A stretch of DNA of 64,000 nt. Source: Candidatus Iainarchaeum sp. GTDB taxonomy: Archaea; Iainarchaeota; Iainarchaeia; Iainarchaeales; JAFCCW01. Made by a program: the position numbers and the translations under genes. A model generated the notes under the pieces. The model saw nothing but the letters and a program-made list of their open reading frames with translations, was not told the DNA's origin and searched no databases. Shown piece after piece: positions 56,230 to 64,000 of this stretch. The stretch lies in NCBI GenBank assembly GCA_017609985.1, contig JAFCCW010000013.1, positions 21,652 to 85,651 of the forward strand. Direction: 5' to 3'. Position 1 is the stretch's first letter, and each line of letters starts with the position of its first letter.

Positions 56230-56913
56230 CTATCTAGTTTCGAACATAACCCTTCCAAGCCTTATTTCTGTGCTTCCTTCTTCTACTGCAACTTCAAAGT
56301 CGTTGGACATCCCCATTGAGAGTTCTTTGAATTCTTCTCCAAAAAATGGTTTCAATTCGTTTAAAAGTTTCTGCATTTTCTTGAAAAAAGGTCTTGTCTG
56401 CTCTGCGTCCACAAACGGAGCAGAGCACATTAATCCAGTGAAGTTAATGTTTTCAAAGCCAGTGCACACTTTTGCGAACTCTTTTAGTTCTTCAAGCTTA
56501 ACGCCGTGTTTTTGTTTTTCTCCACCAATGTTCACTTCAATCAAGCACTTTTGTTTAATGCCTTGTTCTCTTGCTGCACAATTAATTTTTTCAGAGATTT
56601 TTTTCCTGTCAAGGCTTTCAATTACATCAAAGAGTTCAACAGTTTTCTTTACCTTGTTGCTTTGCAGTCCGCCTATGAAGTGCCAGTCGAGTCCTGTCTC
56701 TTTCAAGGCATCTATTTTTTTTTCTGCTTCTTGAAGATAGTTTTCTCCGCAAAGTCTGATTTCTGTTTGGGGAAAAGTTGCTGTTCTAATTTCTTCAATG
56801 CTTCTTCCCTTTGTTGCGGCAAGAATTTTTACATCCTCAGGGTTTCTTTGCGCTTTCTTGCAAGCATTCTTTACTCTCTCAAGAACCAAGAGATATTTCT
56901 TTTCCGAAAACAA
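56230..56913 (-). CDS. yggS: PLP homeostasis protein
   Basis: AATK, GENYLQE, WHFIGGLQSNK, LSMGMSND and IRLG motifs. Confidence 0.93.
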   Translation of the reverse strand: MFSEKKYLLVLERVKNACKKAQRNPEDVKILAATKGRSIEEIRTATFPQTEIRLCGENYLQEAEKKIDALKETGLDWHFIGGLQSNKVKKTVELFDVIESLDRKKISEKINCAAREQGIKQKCLIEVNIGGEKQKHGVKLEELKEFAKVCTGFENINFTGLMCSAPFVDAEQTRPFFKKMQKLLNELKPFFGEEFKELSMGMSNDFEVAVEEGSTEIRLGRVMFETR

Positions 56914-56915
56914 GT

Positions 56916-57053
56916 TTACATCTCCGGTTTCTCAATTTTTCCCTGTACTCTGGAGTGGCATGCAGGACATTCATATTCAGCAATAGCAGTTCCTGAACTA
57001 ATGCTTCCGATTCCAACTCGCATCATTTCAATTCCGCATTTAGTGCATTTCAT
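56916..57053 (-). CDS. 45-aa zinc-ribbon protein
   Basis: MKCTKCGIEM...YECPACH; abuts yggS. Confidence 0.65.
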   Translation of the reverse strand: MKCTKCGIEMMRVGIGSISSGTAIAEYECPACHSRVQGKIEKPEM

Positions 57054-57105
57054 TAACCAATTGGCTCTGCAAGATTTTTTAAAAACATCCACTGCTAATA
57101 TTTTC

Positions 57106-57777
57106 ATGTTCAAAGCAGTCTTGTTCGATCTTGACAACACCTTAATCGACTTTATGAAAATGAAGCGCTCTTGTTCTGAGTCAGCTGTTTCTGCAATGGT
57201 TAATGCTGGTCTTGAAACAACGGAAAAAAAAGCTCTTGAAATCTTGTTTGAAATGTACGAAGAGCACGGCATGGAAAACCAGAGCATTTTTGAAAAATTC
57301 TTAAAGCAGGTTTCCGGAAAAGTTGACCCAAAAATTCTTGCTTCCGGAATCGTGGCATACAGGCGGGTCAAGTCAGGTCACCTTGTTCCATATCCCCATG
57401 TTCAACACACTTTGATTAAACTCAAGGAAAAGGGAATAAAGCTTGGGATAGTAACTGATGCTCCAAGAAAACAAGCCTGGCTCAGGCTCGCAGAGCTCAA
57501 TCTCACAGAATTCTTTGATGTAGTGGTTACTCTTGAAGACACTGGCAGACTAAAGCCCAGCAAGATGCCGTTTAAACAAGCAATAAATCATCTCTTTCTT
57601 AAACCAGAGGAGATTCTTTTTGTAGGTGACAATCCTAGGCGAGACATTGCTGGTGCAAAAAAGGTTGGGATGAAAACAGCTCTTGCAGAATATGGCTTGC
57701 TTGCAAAATCGAAGAAAACCGTAAAGTCAGATTTTTATCTCAAAGATATTTCTGATTTGATAAAAATTGTTGCATAA
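57106..57777 (+). CDS. HAD hydrolase (archaeal TIGR02253-like)
   Basis: FDLDNTLID, KPS and VGDNPRRDI motifs; true start at 57106. Confidence 0.9.
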   Translation: MFKAVLFDLDNTLIDFMKMKRSCSESAVSAMVNAGLETTEKKALEILFEMYEEHGMENQSIFEKFLKQVSGKVDPKILASGIVAYRRVKSGHLVPYPHVQHTLIKLKEKGIKLGIVTDAPRKQAWLRLAELNLTEFFDVVVTLEDTGRLKPSKMPFKQAINHLFLKPEEILFVGDNPRRDIAGAKKVGMKTALAEYGLLAKSKKTVKSDFYLKDISDLIKIVA

Positions 57778-57920
57778 CAGTTTTGTCAGTGCAATATTTT
57801 TGTTTCTGGTTGATTTTGTTTGTGAGCTGTTTTGTTTCTGATTAACCTGTTTTGTCCAAGAAAGACTTTTTAAATCATTAAAACATATAATAAACACTGA
57901 AAAGCTGTTTTGGTGTTTTG

Positions 57921-58187
57921 ATGGGCTTTCTAAGATTTGTTGAAAAATATTCAATTATTCTTTTCATGACACTGCTTATTGGTCTAGCTCTATTTTTCTT
58001 CGGAGACTTTGCCGGAGGCATGCGGTCTTATTGGATGCTTTTATCCCGCGGTCAATGGTGGAATCCATTGTGGTGGCTTTTTGGAGACGGACAAAATGCT
58101 TTTCTCTTAACAATCTTTGTTTTTCTAATAGGGTATATTCTGAAAAAACTTCTTTACTGGGAGATACGAATTCAAAACAGGTTTTAG
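57921..58187 (+). CDS. Small two-TM membrane protein
   Basis: Two hydrophobic segments with a Trp-rich loop. Confidence 0.6.
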   Translation: MGFLRFVEKYSIILFMTLLIGLALFFFGDFAGGMRSYWMLLSRGQWWNPLWWLFGDGQNAFLLTIFVFLIGYILKKLLYWEIRIQNRF

Positions 58188-58240
58188 ATTGCTTGTTTAA
58201 AATTTGACTGAAACTTGGATTCTTGAAACAAATCAGAATT

Positions 58241-59233
58241 TCAAGTATACTCTTTAACTTGCTTTCCAAGCTTCTTTGAAGCTAATTCAACACATTTTTC
58301 AAGGCATTCAGAGATACTGCCTTTTCCATTAAAGGCACCTGCTCCAGGGTGTCCGCCTCCGCTTCCATTGAACTGATTTCCAAGTTTGCTAAAGACGTCT
58401 CTTGCAAGATCTATTTCTAATCTGTTAACAATGTGGCTGCTTGCTCTCCCTGAAACAATAATTTTTCCCTTGTCCGAGTCACCCACAAAAGCAATGTCTG
58501 CACCGATTCTAATAAGTGCATTTGCTGAATCTGCTTCAAATGCTCCTACTTTGGATGTAACAATAATATGTTTTCCTGTGCTGAAAATTCGCGCGCGCTT
58601 TGCTGCCTTTATTCTGGCAATTTTTTCTCCAGCAGTTTTTTCAACATTAAAAAGCGAAACAATTTCTGAAAAAGTCTTTCCAGAAGCATTTATTGCTTCT
58701 GCCATAAAGGAAAATGTTTCAGAGTTTGCAACATGAAAAAAGTTTGAATCAGTAATTATTCCTGCTGCAATCAAAATGCCCTGTTCTTTTTCAATTTTTT
58801 GATTATTCTTTTTAATAAGGCTCATCACAAGTTCTGTGCTAGAAACAGCATTGCTTTTTACAAAGGAATTACTCTTTGAAACAATTGTTGTTTCAGAAGC
58901 AGAGTGATGGTCTATTGCAAAAAGCTTCTTTTTGAAGTTTTTTATTTCCTGTTCCATAGCTCCAGCCATTTCAAAAGAATTAAAATCAACAAGCACAGCT
59001 GAATCAAATTCATCCAGAGACTTGTTTACTTCAAAAGAGTTCCCAATTTTTTCTGCAAGAGCTTTTGCTGAAAGATTTGCATGGTCTGGAACAATTACCT
59101 GCACAAAAGCTTTTTCTTTAAGGAGAGCTTTTTCGAGTACAAATGCGGTAGCAACAGCGTCAACATCTGCACCCGTATGAGTAATCAAAGCGACTTTTTT
59201 TCCCTTAAATTGTGAAAAAGAAGGGAAAACCAT
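58241..59233 (-). CDS. DHH/DHHA1 phosphoesterase
   Basis: HTGADVD, VD, IDHH, GIITDS and GGGHPGAG motifs. Confidence 0.9.
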   Translation of the reverse strand: MVFPSFSQFKGKKVALITHTGADVDAVATAFVLEKALLKEKAFVQVIVPDHANLSAKALAEKIGNSFEVNKSLDEFDSAVLVDFNSFEMAGAMEQEIKNFKKKLFAIDHHSASETTIVSKSNSFVKSNAVSSTELVMSLIKKNNQKIEKEQGILIAAGIITDSNFFHVANSETFSFMAEAINASGKTFSEIVSLFNVEKTAGEKIARIKAAKRARIFSTGKHIIVTSKVGAFEADSANALIRIGADIAFVGDSDKGKIIVSGRASSHIVNRLEIDLARDVFSKLGNQFNGSGGGHPGAGAFNGKGSISECLEKCVELASKKLGKQVKEYT

Positions 59234-59237
59234 CTAA

Positions 59238-59606
59238 TCACTTCTCTTTTTTCTCTTCCTCTTTTTCTGCTTTGCCTGCAGAACCCTCTAGTTCACTCTT
59301 TATCTTGTTCAGCTTTTTTACAAGAGTGTCTTCCTGTTTTTGAAGAGTTTTTACTCTTAAATCAGCTGACTCAATATTTTCTTTGAGTTCTTTTTTCATT
59401 TCTGCGACATCTTTCTGGATAAGAATATTTCCAACTGCCTTGAAAACCTTTTTTTCCTTGCTGTTTTCAATTTCTTCTTTTGCTGCCTTGAGAGCTCTTG
59501 ACTGGGCCTGCAACTGTTGTTTTTGTGCAGAAATCCCCATTAACTGATTTCTGTTTTTATCAAATTCTGCCAGCATTTGCGGGTCAATATTGTTTCCATT
59601 CGTCAT
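59238..59606 (-). CDS. pfdB: Prefoldin beta subunit
   Basis: Coiled coils around VFKAVGNILI; conserved synteny. Confidence 0.92.
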   Translation of the reverse strand: MTNGNNIDPQMLAEFDKNRNQLMGISAQKQQLQAQSRALKAAKEEIENSKEKKVFKAVGNILIQKDVAEMKKELKENIESADLRVKTLQKQEDTLVKKLNKIKSELEGSAGKAEKEEEKKEK

Positions 59607-59848
59607 TCAAACAACCTCCTTAACTTCTCTGATAAAACAATTGATTTTAGATAAGAATTAACTGAAGCGCGCAATGCTGCTCTATCCTTTGCTTCAATTG
59701 AGATAACAATATTTTTCTTATCTGTATTTATTTCAACTCTTGAACGCTTTTCATGCCTTGAATCTAGGTCTGGAGAAACGCTTTTTTTTACAAGCCTAGA
59801 TTCTTTTTCTCCCAGTGAAAGGCTTGTGCTGAAACTATACTCAGCCAT
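59603..59848 (-). CDS. pcc1: KEOPS complex subunit Pcc1
   Basis: IEAKDRAALRASVNSYL. Confidence 0.9.
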   Translation of the reverse strand: MAEYSFSTSLSLGEKESRLVKKSVSPDLDSRHEKRSRVEINTDKKNIVISIEAKDRAALRASVNSYLKSIVLSEKLRRLFE

Positions 59849-59852
59849 TTAA

Positions 59853-59984
59853 CTATCTCCCTTTCACTTCTTTTGTAATTGGGATTCTTTCCTTGTAAAG
59901 CACTTTATAGGCGCAAACAGGACACCTAATTACTCCGTCTGAAAGACTTTCAAATCTTTCTCCACATTTTCCACACCTGTACAT
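59853..59984 (-). CDS. rpo12: RNA polymerase subunit Rpo12 (P), 43 aa, not in the ORF track
   Basis: MYRCGKCGERFESLSDGVIRCPVCAYKVLYKER; follows rpl37ae. Confidence 0.93.
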   Translation of the reverse strand: MYRCGKCGERFESLSDGVIRCPVCAYKVLYKERIPITKEVKGR

Positions 59985-59991
59985 GAAACCA

Positions 59992-60528
59992 CTACTCCTT
60001 TTTTTTCTCTATTTTTTCTTCTTTCATGTTTTCTTCAATGGCTTCTTTTTCAGAAACTTTTTTTGGTTTCTTTTTTTCTGAATCACTGTCTTCTAAACTT
60101 TCTTTATTTTCTTCTTTTGTTTTCTTTGACTTTTTTTCCTGTTCTTTTTTTTCTTTTTCTTTGACAGTTTTTTCTTCAGAAACTTCTTCAAGGATTTCTT
60201 TCTCGCTTTCCTCTCCTTCTTTACCAGCTTCTTCTTTTGAACTGATTAGTTCTGAAAGATTTGAAAGAAATTTCTTTTGAGAAACCATTTTTCCAACGAT
60301 TCTTCCAGTCATAGTAGTTGGAGTATATGAACCGCCTGCAAAAGTTTCATCGCATTTCTTGCATTTAAAGATGCCTGGTGAAACCCGGATAACTGTTGGT
60401 TTTCCGCATTTTGGACAAGTCTGCTTTTTTTTCTGTATTTTTTCAACTTTTAGCAGTCTCTTCCTTATCCCTACTCCATATCTGGGGCCATATCTTCCTG
60501 TGCTTTTTACTTTCTTTGTTTCTCCCAT
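59992..60528 (-). CDS. rpl37ae: 50S ribosomal protein eL43 (L37Ae) with an E/K-rich extension
   Basis: GRYGPRYG and CPKC..GIFKCKKC..FAGG motifs. Confidence 0.95.
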   Translation of the reverse strand: MGETKKVKSTGRYGPRYGVGIRKRLLKVEKIQKKKQTCPKCGKPTVIRVSPGIFKCKKCDETFAGGSYTPTTMTGRIVGKMVSQKKFLSNLSELISSKEEAGKEGEESEKEILEEVSEEKTVKEKEKKEQEKKSKKTKEENKESLEDSDSEKKKPKKVSEKEAIEENMKEEKIEKKKE

Positions 60529-60541
60529 TGTAATACACCTT

Positions 60542-61324
60542 TTAGATCTTTTTTCTTACATCCTTTGCTTTTTTCACGGCTGTTTCAATGCACCATTCAA
60601 TTTCTTTTGCATTAAATGTTCCCTGGCCACCTTTTTGGAACGCTGTGAGAATGTTGTCCTCTGTGGAAGCAATTGAAACTCGCGCATCTGCTGCTTTTTG
60701 TTCTCCAAGATTTGCGTCAAGCACAATTGTATTGCCAATCTTGTAAAAAGTGGTTAACAGAGGGGTTTTTTCAACTGCTAAATCTCCACTAAATCCTTTT
60801 TTTACAATCTTGTCGTCTTTGTCTAGTTTTGGAATTTTTGTTTTGTGCAATGCTGCAATGCAAGCGATTGCCGTTGCATCAAACAGGTTTCCATCATCGT
60901 TCACTGCATAACAGTCAATGAATGCAATCCAGACAAGTTCCCCCTTTCTAATGCAGAGCTTTTTGAAATCAATTGTTTTGCTTTCTCTTATTCCCCTGTC
61001 AACAACTCTTGCAAGCTCTATTGCAGCCTCTCTTGGAGGGCCTGCTTCAAATTCAGGAGATGCAAGCGGAAGAAGTTCTGCTCCAATAGAGATTGTTCCC
61101 TCATCAGGAGAATCTGGATATGGTTCTCCAGTAATTAATTTTACTCCTGCGATAACCTCTGTTTTGCCAAGCTTTACTCTGGCACTGCCCTCTGCATTTT
61201 CACTTATTCCAGTTTCAATAGTTAATTCACGGAATTCGTCAACCGCTCTTCCGTCCTGTCTTTTTCCGTTTTTAAGGTCTTCTTTGACCTGTTTTGCTTT
61301 TACCTGCCATAATATATCTTCCAT
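60542..61324 (-). CDS. rrp42: Exosome subunit Rrp42
   Basis: RQDGR, AEGSARVKLG, ELARVVDRGIRES and DDGNLFD motifs. Confidence 0.95.
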   Translation of the reverse strand: MEDILWQVKAKQVKEDLKNGKRQDGRAVDEFRELTIETGISENAEGSARVKLGKTEVIAGVKLITGEPYPDSPDEGTISIGAELLPLASPEFEAGPPREAAIELARVVDRGIRESKTIDFKKLCIRKGELVWIAFIDCYAVNDDGNLFDATAIACIAALHKTKIPKLDKDDKIVKKGFSGDLAVEKTPLLTTFYKIGNTIVLDANLGEQKAADARVSIASTEDNILTAFQKGGQGTFNAKEIEWCIETAVKKAKDVRKKI

Positions 61325-61334
61325 CAAATCACCA

Positions 61335-62087
61335 TCACTTGCTTTCCTTTCCAACATTTGCATATTTTTTCTTCAATGCATCCTGCTGGATTTTGTATAC
61401 TTCATTACATCCCTTCACTCCGAGAGCATAGGCTTTCTTCCACTCCTCTTTTGTGAGCAAGCCGTCCATTTGAAGCAGAGTAATTTCCTCTGTTCTGGGC
61501 ATAATTGCCAGCGGGATATCAACTGCATCAGGAGCGTCTTCTTCATCCTTGTTCAAATCAAGGATAATTTCCCCTCCAGCTTTTCCAACACCAACTGCTG
61601 AAACAAGATCTCTCATTGGAATTCCAGCATCAACCAGTGCAACGCTTGCAGCTGCAAGAGCAGCAACTCTTGTTCCAGCATTACTGTCAAGAATTTCAAC
61701 AAAAATATCTATTGCTGCATTTGGGTACTTTTCCAGGAAAATTGCTCCTGCAAGAGCTTCGCTGCAGACTTTTGAAATTTCTATTTCTCTTCTTCCGGGA
61801 GCAGGTCTTTTTCTGTCCGGAACAGAGAATGTTGCCATTCTATAACTAAAGTTTACAAGAGCCTTTTCAGGATCCTGCTTGTGCTTAGGCAGAGCCTCTT
61901 TTGGGCCGTGCACTCCAACAAGCACCTTGTTCTGTCCCCATTCAAGATAAGCAGAACCGTCAGCTGAATCAATCACGCCAACATCAATTTTAATAGGTCT
62001 TAACTCGTCAACCTTTCTTCCGTCGAGTCTTTTTCCCTTTTTTACATATTCGATTTTTTCATTTTTTACTTTAGTCAAATTAATCAC
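61335..62087 (-). CDS. rrp41: Exosome subunit Rrp41
   Basis: RLDGR..ELRP, ADGSAY, RREIEIS and AGTR motifs. Start uncertain. Confidence 0.95.
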   Translation of the reverse strand: MINLTKVKNEKIEYVKKGKRLDGRKVDELRPIKIDVGVIDSADGSAYLEWGQNKVLVGVHGPKEALPKHKQDPEKALVNFSYRMATFSVPDRKRPAPGRREIEISKVCSEALAGAIFLEKYPNAAIDIFVEILDSNAGTRVAALAAASVALVDAGIPMRDLVSAVGVGKAGGEIILDLNKDEEDAPDAVDIPLAIMPRTEEITLLQMDGLLTKEEWKKAYALGVKGCNEVYKIQQDALKKKYANVGKESK

Positions 62088-62718
62088 CTTTTCCTTTTTT
62101 TCCCTCTTTTTCAAGGAATTCTTTCACGGAGTTTGTCAGATTGCTTAAATGAGCCTCGTCCTGAATCTTGCAGACTGCTTTTTTCAACAACTGAATATTT
62201 CCTCCCTTGACCCAGGCTCTTCCATTTCTTCCAACAAGAATATTAGCGCCTGTTCCGTCTTTCAAAACCTGAAGCATTGAACCATTCTTGCCGATAAGCC
62301 TTGGAACCTGCACTGGATTCACATTCATAACTTCTCCGCCATAAAAAACGCGAACGCTTTCAAGGTCTGCTTCATTTATTTCATTAACCTTTGAAACTTT
62401 TGCGGAAATCACTGTTCCTCTCCCCACTCTGTCCCTTATTTCGTCCTTTGAAACATATGATTCATAGATTGAATTAATGTCAACTGTGTAACCTGAATAT
62501 TTTTCGTCAGAAATAATTCCAAGTATAAGGTCGTTTTGCTGAGGTACATATCTTCCCTTCAATGGAACAACTGACGCTGTGTCTCCAGAATCAGAATAAA
62601 TTCCCATTCTGGTCGAAATTATTTTTCCATTTTCCACATAAACGTGGCTGCCAGGTCTTTTTCTCTCTTCACTAACTATTTCTCCTGGCACAACAATCTT
62701 TTTGTCATTTTTCACCAT
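62080..62718 (-). CDS. rrp4: Exosome RNA-binding subunit Rrp4
   Basis: IVVPGE, S1 domain and KH VPRLIGKNGSM. Confidence 0.93.
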   Translation of the reverse strand: MVKNDKKIVVPGEIVSEERKRPGSHVYVENGKIISTRMGIYSDSGDTASVVPLKGRYVPQQNDLILGIISDEKYSGYTVDINSIYESYVSKDEIRDRVGRGTVISAKVSKVNEINEADLESVRVFYGGEVMNVNPVQVPRLIGKNGSMLQVLKDGTGANILVGRNGRAWVKGGNIQLLKKAVCKIQDEAHLSNLTNSVKEFLEKEGKKGKGD

Positions 62719-62723
62719 TTTTT

Positions 62724-63419
62724 TCACTTCTCCAAAATTTTTGTTTCAATATTACCGTGTGTTATGCTATTGAGCTCGTTAAAAAGCTCTCCCTTTAATC
62801 CTGCAGGAATTTCTACAACCGCAATCAGCGAACCATCATTCTGCCATTCCTCTTTTTTCAAATTATAGGAACGAAGAGAGTTTGCTGCTTTTCCAGAGTG
62901 TTCAGCAGGAATTTTTATTGCAATTGAAAGCTTTTCAAACGAAATCGGAATAATTTTTTTGATTTCATCAAGGATTTCAGGAATCTGCTCTTCCGCACTC
63001 TTTTCAGCCTGAATATTTATTCCAGCTTCATTTAATGCGTTTTCAACCCGTTTAGGGGGGTGAGGTGCATTGGTTTGCGGATTAACAGCATTTTTTGCAA
63101 TAATATCAATTACTTCCTTTCTTCTGTCCTCCTTCATTTTCTTTCTTTGCTCGGTTGTGAGCTGAACACTTCCTTCCTTTAAAATCTTTTTAACAATTTC
63201 TTCAACATTATTTGAATTGAAAACTTCCTGCAATGCCCCGTCTCCTGCTTCCTCCCCCTTTGCAGAATCCTTGAAAACAGTATCAATTGCAAGCATCTCA
63301 TCAAAGTTTACTTGCTCACCCTTTTTGAAATTCATTGCGAGATCAGGGTCAACCAAAACTTCAAATTTGTGACCATGGCTTTCAAGCCGTGCAATCACGG
63401 CATCGTCCAATTTAACCAT
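62724..63419 (-). CDS. sdo1: Ribosome maturation factor SBDS/Sdo1
   Basis: FEVLVDP, QLTTEQR and NPQTNAPHPP motifs. Confidence 0.95.
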   Translation of the reverse strand: MVKLDDAVIARLESHGHKFEVLVDPDLAMNFKKGEQVNFDEMLAIDTVFKDSAKGEEAGDGALQEVFNSNNVEEIVKKILKEGSVQLTTEQRKKMKEDRRKEVIDIIAKNAVNPQTNAPHPPKRVENALNEAGINIQAEKSAEEQIPEILDEIKKIIPISFEKLSIAIKIPAEHSGKAANSLRSYNLKKEEWQNDGSLIAVVEIPAGLKGELFNELNSITHGNIETKILEK

Positions 63420-63438
63420 TGCAAATTACCTTTGCTGA

Positions 63439-64000
63439 CTATTCAGCTTTTTTCCCTAAAATAGATTTCAACTCATTTTTTGAAATCCTTTCAAACTTCT
63501 TTCCTTTTTCAATAAACGCAAAATCAAGCCTGTTTACATCAGCTTTTTCTTTTTCAAGACCTTTCTCGATTGCATTCACAATCAAATTGACTCCGTTTTC
63601 AAACGAGATATTGTCTTTGTAATTTTTCTCAAAGTGCGTCATTGCATTTTTTCTGCCTTTTCCAATTGCAATCGCCTTGTATTCTGCAAGAGCTCCAGAA
63701 GGCTCTGTTTCAAAGAGTCTTGCTCCGTTATCGTCATAACCGCCAATTATCAGAGAAATTCCAAAAGGTCGCATTCCTGCATACTGGGTAAACAACTGCT
63801 TTGTTCCAGCAACCTTTTTTACAAGAGTTTCTACTCCTATTTTTTCCTCATAATACATCTTGTTTTCCTGAGCTTCCTTTCTTGCAAACTGAATAATTCT
63901 TCTTGCATCGCCAACAAGACCGGAGGAGATTGCTCCAAGATGGCTGTCAATTTTGAAAAGCTTCTCAATGCTGTCCGGAATAATCATTTTGCTGACAACT
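63439..64000 (-). CDS. psmA: Proteasome alpha subunit, 5'-partial
   Basis: SIEKLFKID, SGLVGDAR, RPFGISL and TEPSG motifs. Confidence 0.95.
   Translation of the reverse strand, partial: VVSKMIIPDSIEKLFKIDSHLGAISSGLVGDARRIIQFARKEAQENKMYYEEKIGVETLVKKVAGTKQLFTQYAGMRPFGISLIIGGYDDNGARLFETEPSGALAEYKAIAIGKGRKNAMTHFEKNYKDNISFENGVNLIVNAIEKGLEKEKADVNRLDFAFIEKGKKFERISKNELKSILGKKAE

Noticed and set aside
56506-57105. 200-aa N-terminal extension of the HAD ORF (423 aa in the track)
   Set aside because: It is an antisense shadow of yggS and the zinc-ribbon gene; the HAD motif begins at 57106.

Overview
Archaeal chromosome segment. A DPANN-type lineage, possibly Iainarchaeota/Diapherotrites, is inferred from gene content and not verified. 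From left to right: (1) cysD-cysN sulfate activation with an RHH protein and an alkaline-phosphatase-superfamily enzyme; (2) a surface-glycan locus of about 19 kb (B12 and SPASM radical SAMs, rfbA/rfbB, epimerases, GT2/GT4, a split Alg14/Alg13-like pair, an Alg7/AglH-like transferase, AglB) interrupted by orphans and a PD-(D/E)XK nuclease; (3) a stand-alone divergent 5S rRNA, TBP and rpl21e-rpo4-DUF655-ksgA; (4) AMP phosphorylase and ribose-1,5-bisphosphate isomerase bracketing a de novo pyrimidine cluster that carries a repeat-flanked doc insertion; (5) ftsZ-secE-spt5-rpl11-rpl1-rpl10-rpl12; (6) a Lon-like protease and an SMC; (7) the exosome/proteasome superoperon. Most notable: an SMC with condensin-type heads whose hinge is replaced by a central Rad50-like CPVC zinc hook; a roughly 62-nt structured RNA-like motif present twice with covarying stems (after the 5S rRNA and between secE and spt5); and a 513-bp Doc plus convergent 27-aa antitoxin-like cassette inserted with a target duplication at the pyrD/pyrK junction. 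All calls come from reading the sequence by eye; no database searches were run.
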